Notes: generated from the sequence alone by a model not told the origin. DNA of 64,000 nt from Hemiscyllium ocellatum (GCF_020745735.1 NC_083409.1:6437534-6501533), one strand, 5' to 3'; shown: positions 48,620-61,700, counted from the first letter of the stretch. Program-made: numbers and translations.

Positions 48620-48795
48620 TTCATAGAATCACAGAATCGAGGAATTCCTACAGAGTGGAAGCAGGCCACACAGCCCAGCAAGCACATACTGACTCTTTGA
48701 AGGCCATCCCACCCAGACCCACACCTCTCCCACCCTATTCCCCGTATCTTGCATTTTCCATGGCATTTTCCATTTGCTATCCTGCACATCTCTTG
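48620..48795 (-). mobile_element. HE1-type SINE 3' part, present only in arm 2
   Basis: HE1/CR1-type tail; it interrupts homology to 41795-41815. Confidence 0.7.
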
Positions 48796-51700
48796 TGACC
48801 CTAGATCCCCTGTCCATGTCCCATTATGTATTGTCCCTCAAAACAGTCCCTAACTGTGCACCATTCTAGCCATGACCTAACCATTCTTCAGGACAGCTGC
48901 CATGGTCACTCTCCCCTCCATCTCCTCACTCTCAGTATTCGATCCAAAATCACATTGACCTTTATTTCTGATATTGTTTCCAAGTTAAAGGAGATATGTC
49001 TCTCGACATCCTTTCTTGTGCGCTGCAGTGTTGTTTATAATATAGACGGCCCTTCAACCTTTATCGTTCTCAGAGGTGTTACAACCAAGAAAACCCCTTC
49101 CAGCTCTCCGTGGAGAAATTCAGTTAGTCCCGTTTCCCTTCTCTATCCCAATAGCTTCCCTTTCTGTGTGACTGTGTTTCTGGCGTGTTCAACAATATCT
49201 GACACTTGCCAGCCTAATGCTCCTACACCCACTAATACATGTCGAGGTCTCCCAGATAAATTGCTGTTCTTTTCAGTTTGGTGACCCGCTTTGTTAGCCG
49301 TTTGTTCGGTCTTTGAGTGTAATTCATTTTGTGCCTGATCCCTGTGTCAATCCGAAGGACACTCCACCTTTCATTCTGACAAACCAGGGTCACCCATGCC
49401 ATAGCTCTGTTTCTCACCTAGGCTCCAGTCTTCCAAAGAGATGAATTCAAGCCTCACCAGTTTGATCATTTGAAGAGTATCTCATTTATTTTGATTTCTC
49501 CTGGAATGGGCGGGCACAAAAACGGCTGCTATTTGTTGCCCTTTACTAATTGTCCTGGAGAGGGCGGTGGTGAGCCATGTAATATCTGGGAAGGAAGGCG
49601 CTGGGATCAGAACAAAAAAAAACCATGAAACTCAATGTCATGTTCATGAATGTAGTTTGGACAAGGGAACCAAGTCATCATACGGTCTGTGACTCCAGTC
49701 CCACAGTGACGTGATTCATTCTTAATGGCCCCCTTATCTGGCTCAGACCTCAGTCCGAGTAACTAGAGATGGGCAATAAATTTGAGGTTTAATTTACAAT
49801 AGTTTATAAAATAGTTCATTTAAAAAAAATATTTAAAATATTTAAATCTATGTTAACCTGAGTGTACAAGGCATAACTTCAAAATTTGCTGATGGTATGA
49901 AACTTGAATGTATTACAACTGATGAAGAAGATAGTGTCTAACTTCAAAAGGATGTAGATAAGTTAATGGAATGAGCAGATGGTTGTAGAAACAATTTAAT
50001 GGAAAAAGATGTCACTGATTCATTTTGGAAGGAAAACGTGGAGAGACAAAACAAACTAAAGGGTACAAGTATGGTTGGGTATAGGGGCAGTAGGCCCTGG
50101 ATATTTATGTGCATCAGTCACTGAAGGTGGCAGGGTAGGCAGCTGTTCTCATGAGAGAGCAGCTGATTAAAGCAGATGCCACATCAACATGAACATGGAA
50201 TACAGCGTGGATGTGAAAAGCATGCTTCCTTTTCGGGGATAATATCAAATTAAACAAGTTCCCTCGTAGAAGACCGAGATAAGCAGTTTTTTTTGTTCTT
50301 GCATAAGGTCATAGATCTTTGGAACTTTTCATCAAACATAGAAATGAAACCTCTGAATGCTTGTAGTGAAGAAATAGACAGTAATTGCTTTCAAACATCT
50401 GTCAGAATAAGGCAAGAATGTGGAATAATCAGGTCAGCCATGGGGAGCAGGCTCAAGAGGATGAACCTCCTTCCTCTGCCCTAACTCATTTGATCGTGTG
50501 TCCACTTCCACCGTTGAAAGTACAGCGCCTTGAAAGCTTGTGGTTTTCAATAAACCAGCTGAAGTGGCTGCTGATTTGTGTGGGCGCGAATGGAAGGGGA
50601 CTTTACCCATAATCCTCGGCAGCAGTGCAAGCGCTCTTTCGCAACTAGCGGGTAGTGTTTCATTGTCCATGATCAGTAAAAAAATAAACTGGGATTCTGC
50701 ATGGAGCAAACAGGCTCAATCGGAAGAGACTCATAGAGAGACAGTGCAGCTTCAGAAGTAGGGTACTGAGGGCACCACAGTGAAAATGTCCCCTGTGATC
50801 AGAAAAATACTTTGATGTGACATTTGGTTGTCTTCACAGTATGCTGTTTTGTTCATTCTGTGAAACACGTAGACGATGTCAGTTCTGAGTGGCACAAAGT
50901 ACCTTTCCTCCTCTAACCCCGTTCCAAAACACCTTCTCCATCTTGCTTTACTCCTTATTGACTCTTCTACAATTGTCCATGTTCCCTCATTCCGTCCCTG
51001 TCCCAGAGGGATTGATGGCCGGAGATCACGACCCCGCACTGTGTGAAGATTGGTGTGAAGTGAGGCCAGTGTGTTGGAGATTGGGCTCCTGCCTCAGGCC
51101 CAGGTCTCGGGGCCTGTTCAACAATCTATACGTTGTCCTTTTTCTCTTTCTGGCAGTACTGGAGTTTTCAAGCTGCAGTAACTTGCTGGCAACGAGGTGT
51201 CTTGTCTAAAATATTCAAAGCACTGGACAGATTTCTGCTGTTGATTTTAATTTCTCTCTCTGGAGCCAGCTCTGCATTCAGTGCCTGTTATCAATTTGTT
51301 AGAGTTCATATGTCAGCTGCCGCTTCCTTGCTATGGACTTGGGCAAAAATCATCAATGCCTCTTGAGATTTAAATCATTTAACATTCCAATGATGTGAAT
51401 GCATCAGTGTTGTTTATGGCAGGGAGTATTTAATATCATGGTTCTAGGTTTTAATGGATCCTCTTTCGTCATAATACAGTGTGCAATGTTTCTCTCCCCT
51501 TACGTGTTAATCAGATGCTTGCAAACCTGTTATGATGAGGACAGTGCGGCTTCAACACCGTGTGATGGAATGGATGGGCGTTTGATTTCTCATCTCATTA
51601 TCGTCCAGTTTTCAAAGAAAATGCTCTAGTCTTTGAAATGAGATTATCTATAATGTGTTTGGATTTTATTTTTGCAATGCCAATTTTCATAAACAATATC

Positions 51701-53559
51701 CTGTTCCATTTTGTAGTTATGTTTGTCAATGAATGTTCCCTGAGATATTGAGAGTTTATACAACATGCCATTTGCCTGTGACCCAGTTGTTGGCTGAAGC
51801 TGCTGGTTGTTCGGTGAGTCTAAGCCATTGTCTTGCTCTCTGCAGTTATACCATTAACTTGGTGTCTCAGTGTGAGCCAGGAGACCACTACGTGGTGACT
51901 TCCTGCCCCACTGTCAGTGTAAAGGCAAGTGGGAACTGTCGAGGTTACTCCCACCATGAACATCAGAACATTCTGCACAGCTGGAACTACATCCACTGGC
52001 TAATTTCTCTGGCCACCATCGCAGTAAAACCTAATATCTCCCTTTGTCAACACGAAGAGAAAGAGTCCATCAGATTCCCTGGTGTATGATGATTCAGCCC
52101 AATAGGAGCAGCACTGGTAGACCATGCTGCATCAGCCTGGACAGAAACTTGGGCAAACTCCAAATGAAAATGTGACCTTCAATGGATCTGCTGCTACAAG
52201 AAATATGTAAGTGGAATCTTTTATAATGAATCATCTCATCAAACCTAAATACAACTGAGAAAATATAAACCAAACCAATTTCCCAAGGTCACAACACAAC
52301 AAGAAAATGGGGGAACAGACAGATACTGTCCACTGTCTTTAGGAAGCATTGCTTTTCCTATCCCCACCCTCCCCCCCCCACCTTTCTCTCTCTCTGTGGG
52401 TCAAAATTTTTACCATCCTTTCTGTGTGAGAATATTACTGTTCCTGTCCCCACTCTGTCACATCCACCCAGTTCGTTCGTTCTATTTACTCTTCTAAAAT
52501 GGTAAATCCCTGCTTCACCATATGTGTGAGCCATGTGTGAAAGTCCAGCACAGCTCACCCTTCATCTCCATCAGATCACAGGGGTCTAAGGTTGGTCAGT
52601 ACTGTCTGGACCAGGCAAAAGCACTGACTGACTGGAGACAATTCAGATCAAGTCCCAATGAGACTGCGATTGACCTTCACCCTCAAAGCACACTGAGGAT
52701 GTGGTCATTAGATCCAATGTTTTCACAACGTACGTTCTCCCAGAGATTCATGATCCATTCTAGATTTTACACAAGTGTGCGATGTTGTTGGATGACAGGT
52801 GGGAAGGCTTGGAGACAAAACATAAATGGAGAGAGAAGTTTATTTCTATGATGCCTTTTTGGAGTTTGGATGTTGGAAAATGCTTTACAGCCAATTCATT
52901 ACTTCCGTAGTCCGGGCATTGTTGTGACGTGGGAATTGTGACAGCCTGGGCAAGGCATATCATATGGCAGCACCACCCAGAGACTGGAGGCTACTACAGC
53001 AGGCAGGGGACAAACCAGTTCTGCTGTGAGGGAAGGACACTGGAGAACACAAGAACTTGAGAAATTGAAGCAGGTGTAGGACTCCAATGACTGTCCATCC
53101 TTTCTTAAATACAGGGACCAAAATTGCACACAATACTTCAAATGCAGGCTCACTAACACCCTATAAAGTTCCAACAAGATTTCTCTACTTTTAAATTCCA
53201 ACCCCAGACAATAAAGGTGAAAATTCCATTCACCTTCTCAATTCCTTGCTGCACCTGCAGTACCTTTCAGTGTCCCATGCACAATACTACACCGATCACT
53301 CTGCACTGCACTTTGTTGGAATCTGTCACTATTTAAATACTAGTCGGCCTTTTGATTATTCTGAACAAAGTGCATGGTCTCACACATTCTGATATTAAAA
53401 TCCGTCCACTGTGTATGAGTGTTTCATTTCCAGTTTGGTCTTCTCTTTGTGATTGACTGTCTCAATGCAGTCATCTGTAGTGTGTCCCATTTCCATTTGT
53501 TGATGGCCCTGACACTTGATTGTCCAGCCCTTTCCTGCTGGTTCCATTCAATGACAGGC

Positions 53560-56480
53560 AGGAGGTTGGAGGAACACAGCAAGCCAGGCAACATCAGGCG
53601 GTGAAGAAGTTGATGTTTCGGGTGTAACCCTTCTTCAGGAATGGCGGTGGGTGTAGGAGCTGCAGATAAAGGGCGTGGCGGAGGCAGGGTGGAGAAAGGG
53701 GATAGATGAAGACAGGCAGAGGACACGACTTGGTTCGTCAATGGAAGGAATGAATCTGTCTGGTGGCAGAGAGGAGTGGAAGAGATGGGGAGGGCCTGGG
53801 AAGGGAGTCAGGGGATGGGAAGGGAGGTAGTGAAATTGGAGAACTCAGTGTTGAATCCACTGGGCTGTAGGCTGCCCAGGCGGAAGATGAGGTGTTGTTC
53901 CTCCAGTTTGCGGTTTGATTCATTGTGGCAATGGGGGTGGCCAAAAATGGTCATGTTGGAAAGGGAGTGGGAAGGGGAATTAAAATGGATGGTGACTGGG
54001 AGGTCTGGTCGGCCCCTATACCCCAGCTGAGATGCACGGCCAACGGCTGCCTAAGTCTTCCCGATGTAGAGAAGACCACATCGTGAGCACCTGATGCAGT
54101 AAACTAAGTTGGAGGAGAGGCAGGAGAACCTCTGTCTCACCTGGAAGGACTGTTTGGGGACCTGAATGGAGGTGCTGGGGTTGGTGTACCAGGTGGCTTT
54201 GCATCCTTTCCGTTTGCAGGGTAAGGTATCTGGGGGTTCAGTGGGCGGCACGGTGGCACAGTGGTTAGCACTGGTGCCTCACAGCGCCTGAGACCCGGGT
54301 TCAATTCCCGACTCAGGCGACTGACTGTGTGGAGTTTGCACGTTTTCCCCGTGTCAGCGTGGGTTTCCTCCGGGTGCTCCTGTTTCCTCCCACAGTCCAA
54401 AGATGTGCGGGTCAGGTGAATTTGCCATGCTAAATTGCCCGTAGTGTTAGGTAAGGGGTAAATGTAGGGGTATGGGTGGGTTTCGCTTCGGCGGGTCGGT
54501 GTGGACTTGTTGGGCCGAAGGGCCTGTTTCCACACTGTAAGTCTAATCTAAGATGATGGAGACAGTGGTGCAAACCAAGAATTGTCAAAAGGAACAGTCC
54601 TTGTGGAAGGCAGACAGGGATAGCGTGAGGAAGACATTCTTGGTGGTGGGGTCTTGTTGGGGTTGACAGAATATGATGATGTGTTGAATAGAGTGATTGG
54701 TTTGGGAGTGGAATGTCTCCTCATCCGACCAGATACAGCAGAGGCGGAGGAATTGGAAGAATGGGATGGAGTTCTTGCAGGATACTGTGTGGGAGAAATT
54801 ATAGTCCTGGTAATAATGGGAGTCTGTGAGTTTGCAGTAAATGTCTATCTGAACACTGTCACTGGGGATGGGAATGGAGAGGTCAATAAAGGGGAGGGAG
54901 GTAACCAAGGTGGACCAAGTGAATTTGAGGGCAAGGTGGAAGTTGTGGGTGAAGACGATGAACTGCTCCAGTTCATCCTGGGTGCAGGTCACTGCACCAA
55001 TGCAGTCATCGATGTAATGGTAGCAGAGCTGGGACACAGTGCCTGTGTAGGCACTGAAGAGGGACTGTTCAGCATAGCCAATAAAGGGGCAAGGGGAGCT
55101 GGGGTCCATCCAGGTACTCATAGCCAGCCCCTGGATTTAGAGGAGAAGTTAAAGGAAAAGTTGTTGAGGGTGAGGACCAGTTCGGCCAGATGGAGGAGGG
55201 TATTGGTGGAGCGGGAGTGGGTGGATCTGTTGGAGAGAAAAAAGCAGAGGGCCAGGAGGCTGATCTCGTTGGGTATGGACGTATGTAAGGACTGTCCATA
55301 GTGAAGGTAAAGTGCTGGGGGCCTGGGAACTGAAGGTTACTGAAGAGATGAAGGGCATGGTTGGTGTCACGGATGTAGGTGGGAAGTGCCTGACCCAAGG
55401 AGGAGAGGATGGAGTTGAGGTAGGATGAGAGGAGTTCGGTGGCGCAGAAGAATGTTGAGATGATGGGTTGGCCATTGAAATTGGGATTGTGGATCTTGGG
55501 GAGCAGGGAGAACTGGGCATTGGAGGGCTGGGGGACTATGAGATTGGAGACAGTGGAGGGGAGATCACTGGAGGCAATGGGGGCACTGACAGTGTGAGTG
55601 ATTTGGGCATGATGGGTCACGGTGGGGTCATGGGCAAGGGGGAGGTAGAACGTGGTATCAGACAGTTGGGCTTCGGCCTCTGTGACATAGAGGTCCGTTC
55701 CCCAGACTACCGCCTTTGTCAGTAGGTTTGATGGTGAACTGGGAATTGGTACGGCGAGAGTGGAGTGTTGCACGTTCGGGGGGGGGGTGGTTGGAGAGTG
55801 TAGGGCGTGTGGAGAAATTGTGGCGTCTGATGTCATATCAGTGGACAGCAATGAAGAGCTCTAGGGTGTGTACACAGCTGCTGGTGAGGGGTGGGGGGTG
55901 TGACCAAGTGGAGGAGGAAGGTTGGAGGTGGGAGAAGGGGTCCTCAGAGGGAGTTTGGGAGTTTTTGTTAAAGAAGAAGGCACGGAGCTAGAGGCGGCGG
56001 AAGAAGAGCTGCATGTCCTGGTGGGTGCAGGATTTTTTAAGGTGGGGAACGAAAGGTCCATCCTTTTCTCAGGATGGACCTTTTGGCATCAGAGAGTTCG
56101 AGGTCGTGGGGAGATAGCAAATAAGGTGCAAGACTTGGGGTGGGGGATAAGGTTTTCATGGGGGGTCCAAGATGGTTGAAGGAGGGGAGACGGAAAGGGT
56201 GATCGGAATGGGAGAGAATGGGTGTGGGAGAGAAAGGAGATTGGGGCGGAGGTGGGTTGTGGAGTGAGGTGTGGGAGTGGGAAGGTTGCGATGAGGGGAA
56301 GATGGAGAAGTGGAGGGATAGGGTTCGCTGTGGGGGTGGATGGGTGAGGAGGGAGAGCAAGTGTGCTGGCTGGCTGCAGGTTGGCAGTTGTACTCAGGGT
56401 GACTGTGGGAAATGTAGTCTCAGTCTTGGTTGCAGAGTGGGAGGGGTCAGAAGTGGAGGCAGAGTTTGGAGTGAAGTCAA
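53560..56480 (-). mobile_element. Long, decayed Neptune-type PLE (N-terminal region, RT, GIY-YIG, hammerhead end at 53612-53638)
   Basis: LVYCIRCSRCGLLYIGKT; HYIDDCIGA; FSLLPKIH; many frameshifts. The end reads CUGAAGA-A-GGGU-UAC-ACCC-GAAA-CAUC. Confidence 0.88.
54243..54551 (+). mobile_element. Young full-length HE1 SINE nested in the PLE
   Basis: A box TGGCACAGTGGT, B box GGTTCAATTCC, core and (TCTAA)n tail. Confidence 0.93.
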
Positions 56481-56493
56481 GGCCGGTTTGAGT

Positions 56494-56800
56494 AATTTGA
56501 CCCAGGTTCAAATCCAGCCTCAGGGAACAGTCTGTGTGGAGTTTGCACATTCTCCAAGTGTCTGTGTAGGTTTCCTCTGGGTGCTCTGGTTTCCTCCCAC
56601 AATCTAAAGACCTGCAGGTTAGGTGAATTGGCTGTGCTAAGTTGCCCATAGTGGTCAGGGATGTGTAGGTTAGGATCATTAGTCAGGGGAAAAGCAGAGT
56701 AATAAGATAGGGGATTGGGTCTTGGGTAGGTTACTCTTCCAAGGGTCAGTGTGGACATGTTGGGCCAAGTGGCCTGTTTCCTCACTGTAGGGATTTTCTG
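56494..56800 (+). mobile_element. HE1 SINE, 5'-truncated
   Basis: B box GGTTCAAATCC, core and tail homologous to 54243. Confidence 0.85.
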
Positions 56801-57966
56801 ACAGTCCATTCCAGATTCCCACCACCTGTTGAGTGAAAAGATTCTTCACCAAATCTCATTTGCGGTGTCCATAGTGAAAACCTTCAAACCATTATTTTGT
56901 CTGGTGTCATTCTGCTCTTGAGGTCCTTGTTCAATAAATGTTTTATTCTTTTTGATAAAATATGAATTCTCTGACAGGGACAATTAACTTTGTCCAACCA
57001 GGGAGCGCTGGCTGTCAGAAAAAAAGGGGCATCTCAGAAGGACTGATACTCTGGGACCTGACTCTGAGTAACAACCTGCAAACCAACCTCCTGCTTCTGT
57101 CACCCTCAATCTCCCCATTCTTACTCTTGTGTCACCTTCGATCCAGCCAGCGCTGCCTTTGGGACAGGTTGGCCTTCCCTCCATCACCCAGGAATGTGGT
57201 CATCATCCCAGAGCAGTTACACTTTTAACCTGAGGGTCATCGCAGCTGAGGCAAGAGAAGAGAAGGTGGCACCTTCATGGTGGTCATACCTGTCAATAAT
57301 CCACTGCAACCTCTCTTGGGGCTGCAAGAATTCAACCTCGCTCCCACAGACAGTTCCCCTCCCTGGAAGGTAATATTGCTGCAGCTTGTTTTGGGTTAAT
57401 TAACCATTGTAAAATGACTATGGGGAGCCAGCATTGGCTGGGCAGGCAGCCAGGATTGACCCTGGATTCAGAAAGTCCCCTTGTAATTGGACAACACATT
57501 AGGGAGCACAGTCTAGATTAGAGTAGGTCACTAGAGTAGGCAGCATCTGACTACCAGGAAAATCGACATTTCTGCATTAGGGAGCACAGTGCCTACTGCC
57601 TCTGAAATTCCTCCCTTACTGAGAATACACTCTCAGTATTCATCTTTCTCAGCTGCCATCTGAATTTATAATAAATTCTGTGTCCAATGATCCTGCCCCT
57701 CCAGCTACCTGATGAAGAAGCAGTGCTCTGAACGCTTCTACTTTCAAATAAACCTGTTTGACTATCACCTCGTGTTGTTGGATTTTTAACTTCGGCCATC
57801 TGAATGAGCTGCCATCTCAGTCCGAATCAGCAGAACGTTTTTGCATTCATGATTTGAGAAGATTAAAGCCGCCTATGGGTGTCTCTCTGAGTAACAAATC
57901 CACACTGAGTGAGACCCCTCCAAGCAGCATTAAGTTAAACACTCACACTCAGAGAGGCACACAGTT

Positions 57967-58198
57967 TAGATTAGAGTGGTACTGGAAAAGCACATAAGTT
58001 CAGGCAGCATCCGAGAAGCAGGAAAATCGACGTTTCGGGCAAAAGCCCTTCATCAAGAATAAAGCTCTATTCCTGATGAAGGGCTTTTGCCCGAAATATC
58101 GATTTTCCTTCTCCTCAGATGCTGCCTGAGCTGCTGTGCTTTTCCAGTACCACTCTATCTAGCATCTGGTTTCCAGCATCTGCAGTCCTTGTTTTTAC
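57967..58198. mobile_element. Inverted PLE terminal repeats forming a ~95-bp hairpin with two hammerhead motifs
   Basis: 57967-58061 is the reverse complement of 58068-58161. Degenerate TSD CTCAGAGAG(GC)ACACAG at 57948-57964 and 58199-58213. Confidence 0.85.
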
Positions 58199-58501
58199 CT
58201 CAGAGAGACACAGCCGACAATGTCAGTGAATGGCCGAAGATTGTTTCAGCAGCTACCCAACATGCAGCAGAGCTTGCACAGTGCGATTCCATCAGCTGGG
58301 CCTGGACCAACAGAGTGAAGAAAACAGAAAAAAAAAACTGCAATTAACAGCCCAGACAGAGGAAGCTGTTCAAATTCACAGCCACAATGGAGTTTGAGGG
58401 AAACACTTGTGGAGGTTTGCTCAATAACATGAGAATCCTGTCCCTTTAAACAGTGACAAACCGTAAATTGGAACTGACAGCTAAGCAGGAAGGAGATCTG
58501 G

Positions 58502-58507
58502 TTTATT
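58502..58507 (-). promoter_or_regulatory. Polyadenylation signal AATAAA of the IgL C exon
   Basis: TTTATT on + about 320 nt past the ancestral stop. The aligned position in the paralogue is AGTAAA. Confidence 0.75.
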
Positions 58508-58828
58508 GAAGCAGAGAATTCTGAAGTTCAAATTGTTTTGTACAGCTGACAGTCTTCAGCAACTTCAAGAGATTTTACTTGGCATCACAAGTCAACCCTG
58601 TCCCCACCAAACAATCCCAGAACACGGACAGCATGGGGTTTGACACAGAGTAAAGATCCCTCGACACTGTCGAAATGACCTGCCTTAACATCCAAACCTC
58701 AGAAGGTTCCCTCAGCTGTCCTGAGAAGGAAGAGAGTTAAAATTCAGTGCTGACAATGACCTTTGTCCTGCCAGCTCAGCGCTGTTCTATTTAAAGTTGT
58801 GTCTCCTCTGTGGACTGTCTTGAACACT

Positions 58829-59156
58829 CTACACACATTCTGATTGCGTGATGCTCTTGCTGAGGGGAGGGGGAGGGACACGTGGGTGAGGGCACAGGAG
58901 AAGCGACCGTTGGACTCCCAGTCAGACCCAGAGAGTGTCAGCAGGCTGCTGACACTGTAGGTACTGTCCGAAGCTCGCAGGTAGTTGCTGGTCTGAACCC
59001 CGTCCGAAATGACTGCACCGTCCTTCTTCCACTGCACCTCCAGCTCATCGGGATAGAAGTGATTGGCAAGGCACACCAGGGAGGCAGTGCCCTTGGCATT
59101 GACCTGCTCCGGGGAGGGTGGCAGCAGGGTCAGCTTGGGCTGAGAGTTCTCACGGC
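58829..59156 (-). CDS. IGKC: Immunoglobulin light-chain constant exon, kappa (type III/NS4)-like, with a -1 frameshift near the 3' end in this sequence
   Basis: Acceptor gttgtttctcttgtctttcAG (59158-59157), then xRENSQPKLTLLPPSPEQVNAKGTASLVCLANHFYPDELEVQWKKDGAVISDGVQTSNYLRASDSTYSVSSLLTLSGSDWESNGRFSCALTHVSLP, with the C1-set Cys, Trp and Cys. The canonical end LSKSITQSECV* (TAG 58831-58829) lies in a shifted frame. The isotype call rests on recalled similarity to nurse shark NS4. Confidence 0.93.
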
Positions 59157-60289
59157 CTGAAAGACAAGAGAAACAACTTTAATCCCTGCCATTTGAAGGG
59201 AATTCAACCCTCACAATATTCACTGGCAATACAATCTTTTTGAACATTTGTAGTCAATACCTAACAAACCCGACAAAAGAACAGACACTGTTCAAATTGC
59301 TTCTTTGGATCTGAGTGTCACTGGCAGGGCCAGCATTCATTACGGTCCTTAGTTGCCCCTGAGAAGGTGATGGTGAAGCAGCAAAGAGAGAAGGGACAGT
59401 TTTAGACCATCGGTTAAGGAATGAATGTGGGCATATGGAAGGGCTCTCAGTGGGGCATCATTTTAGTGACAGTGATCAGAACTCAGTGAGATTGAGAGTA
59501 GGGATGGAAATGGAGAACCATGGAGCAAGTGTAAAAGTTTTTATTTTACTAAACTGTGCGATGCTTTGGTAAAAGTGGACAGAACAAATGCCATGATGGG
59601 AAATCAGTGTCAGGGCAGTGGGATCCCTCGAAGGATGAGACAGACTGTTCAGAATCTGTTCCACAATGAGTAAGGGTGGGACTCCCAGATCTAGACCAAA
59701 TGAACAAGAGGATTGGGGTTCACGTACTGACATAGATTGGGAACTGGTTGGCAGGCAGCACAGAAAGAATGAGTCTTTTTCTGAATGGCATGTAATTACA
59801 ATTTAAGGTGCCACAAGGGCCAGCCCTTGGTCCCCAGTTATTCATAATATATAATAATAGATTCATAGGGACCCAAAAGGCCCATCAGCCCATTGTGTCC
59901 ATACTGGTCAACAAAAAACAACCAATAATTATCATCCATTTTTCAAGCAAAAGGGAATTAGATGCAATGTGCATTTAAGAAGGACTTATATATAGTTCTT
60001 AGGATTAAAGGGATCAAAGAATGTGGGGAGAAAGTAGGGACGGGGGACTGTGTTGGATGATCAGCCATGATCATATTGAATGGTGGAGCAGGCTTGAAGG
60101 GCCGAATGGCCTACTGCTACTCCAGGTTTGGATGTTTCTATCTGTTTCTCAAATAAGTGAAGGAATGTCTCTCATCATTTTGAATCCGGAAGTCAGATGT
60201 GTGTGGAGGTGGAAGATGTGGCCATGGTGAATAATGAATGCAGGTCAGTCAGGTGGTTCAGAAGACACATGGGATAAACTTTTTCTTTT

Positions 60290-60625
60290 TCCCTTGATGG
60301 AATGAGGGCATTGCTGGATCTGCAGCATTTGTTGCCTATCCCTAATCACCCAAAGGGCAGTTTAGAGTCACCCACATTGCTGTGGGTCTGGGGTCACATG
60401 GTAAGGACGGTAGTTTCCTTCCGTAAAGGACATATGGGAATCAGGTGGCTTTTTCCTGACAATCAACGATGGTTTCATGGTCATCATTAGACACTTAATT
60501 GCAGATTTTGTTTTGATTGAAATTGAATGTCACCATCTGCTGGAATTTTACCCTGGTCCCCAGAACATTACTTGGATCCCTGGATTAACAGCTCAGCAAT
60601 AATACCGTTAGGCCATCACCTCCCT
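60290..60625 (-). mobile_element. tRNA-headed SINE (same family as 13450-13770)
   Basis: Shared body CACATTGCT.TGG.TCTGG.GTC.CA..GGTAAGGA.GG.AGTTTCCTT. Confidence 0.7.
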
Positions 60626-61444
60626 GATCTCATTTTTGGTTGACAGCGAAAGCAAGAAATTTGTTTATTCAAGAATCGTATAAAATCCCAGTTAGAGTAC
60701 AGTGAGAGAACTGTGTACGGTTCTAGTCACCACATTACAGGAAGGATGTGATCTCTCGAGAGACCAGGATAGAGGAAGAGTTTGTCTGGAATAGGGACTT
60801 TGAACTTTGAGGAATGATTGGTTTGGCTGGGAGTGTTTTCGTTGGAACAGAGGAGGCTGAGTGTAGATTTGATGGTGTTGTGTAAAATGATGGGGGACCT
60901 GGAGAGACTGGGTAGGAAGGACTGATTTCCATGGGGAGAGATTGAAATCATGGGGGCAAGATTAGAGGGGAGTTGAGGGCATTTGTTTTCACCCAGAGGT
61001 TGGTGGGATGTGGGACTCACTGTCTGAAAGGGTGGGAAGGAGGCAGAAGCCCTCATCACATTGAAAAAAAAACACTTGGATATTCATTTGAAACAGCGAA
61101 ACCTCCAGAACTGTGGAGCAAGAGCTGGAAAGTGGGATGGAGCGTGAAATCTCTTTAACAAACCTCTGATCACCCACAGATCAGGAGAACTTTGTCCGAG
61201 AACATTGGAGCAGACTCGGATACACACACTTCAGGAAAGAGTCACGTTGGGTGTCTGTGTAGAAAGTTCTAGATTATATTTCAAACCTTGCTGCATACTA
61301 TTGGGCTGAGGTCAAGGGTGAGGCTGCAAAGAGTCTCAGGGTCGTAGGGTCAGACAGGGTCACTGCTCCTAATGATCCCATGACCCTTTGAATTTGAGAG
61401 TGCGCAGACAATGGATGAGGATCCGGATCAGGAGACTCCAACCT

Positions 61445-61700
61445 TAAAGAAAGACTTGCACTTGTGTAGCACCTGTCCCCAACTCAGGGTGTCCCACTGG
61501 ATCTTTCCAGCAGACTGTGCACAGCGAGATCCCAAACCCCATGTGATAATTAGCAGAGTAATACATTCTGAGTGATTTTGACTGGGGGATAAATATTGAC
61601 CAGGTACACCAGGGGGAACTGCCTGCTCTTCATCCAATAGTGCCATGGAATGGCATCTTTCACAACTGAAATACTCCCAGTTCATCCAAAAAATGAAGAA
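61445..61700 (-). mobile_element. DeuSINE-like SINE
   Basis: Reverse complement of the GATAAATATTGACCAGG..CTCTTCAT..AATAGTGCCATGG body also seen at 43960-44085. Confidence 0.65.

Larger units (their letters stand above)
48110..58460 (-). repeat. Arm 2 of the inverted segmental duplication (downstream flank of the IgL C exon)
   Basis: See arm 1. The same block order is read on the minus strand. Confidence 0.9.

Noticed and set aside
50776-50815. CACAGTG heptamers downstream of C (50776, 51037, 58277, 37507, 27716) as a kappa-deleting-element analogue
   Set aside because: None has an ACAAAAACC-like nonamer at 12- or 23-nt spacing. The nonamer-like hits (4117, 49516) have no heptamer.
54243-54320. 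tRNA-like A/B boxes
   Set aside because: Head of an HE1 SINE, with no complete cloverleaf; not a tRNA gene.
58744-59076. ORF-track 110-aa protein starting MCLANHFYP as a stand-alone gene
   Set aside because: The start is a GTG (Val) inside a spliced exon; the real unit begins at the acceptor at 59156.
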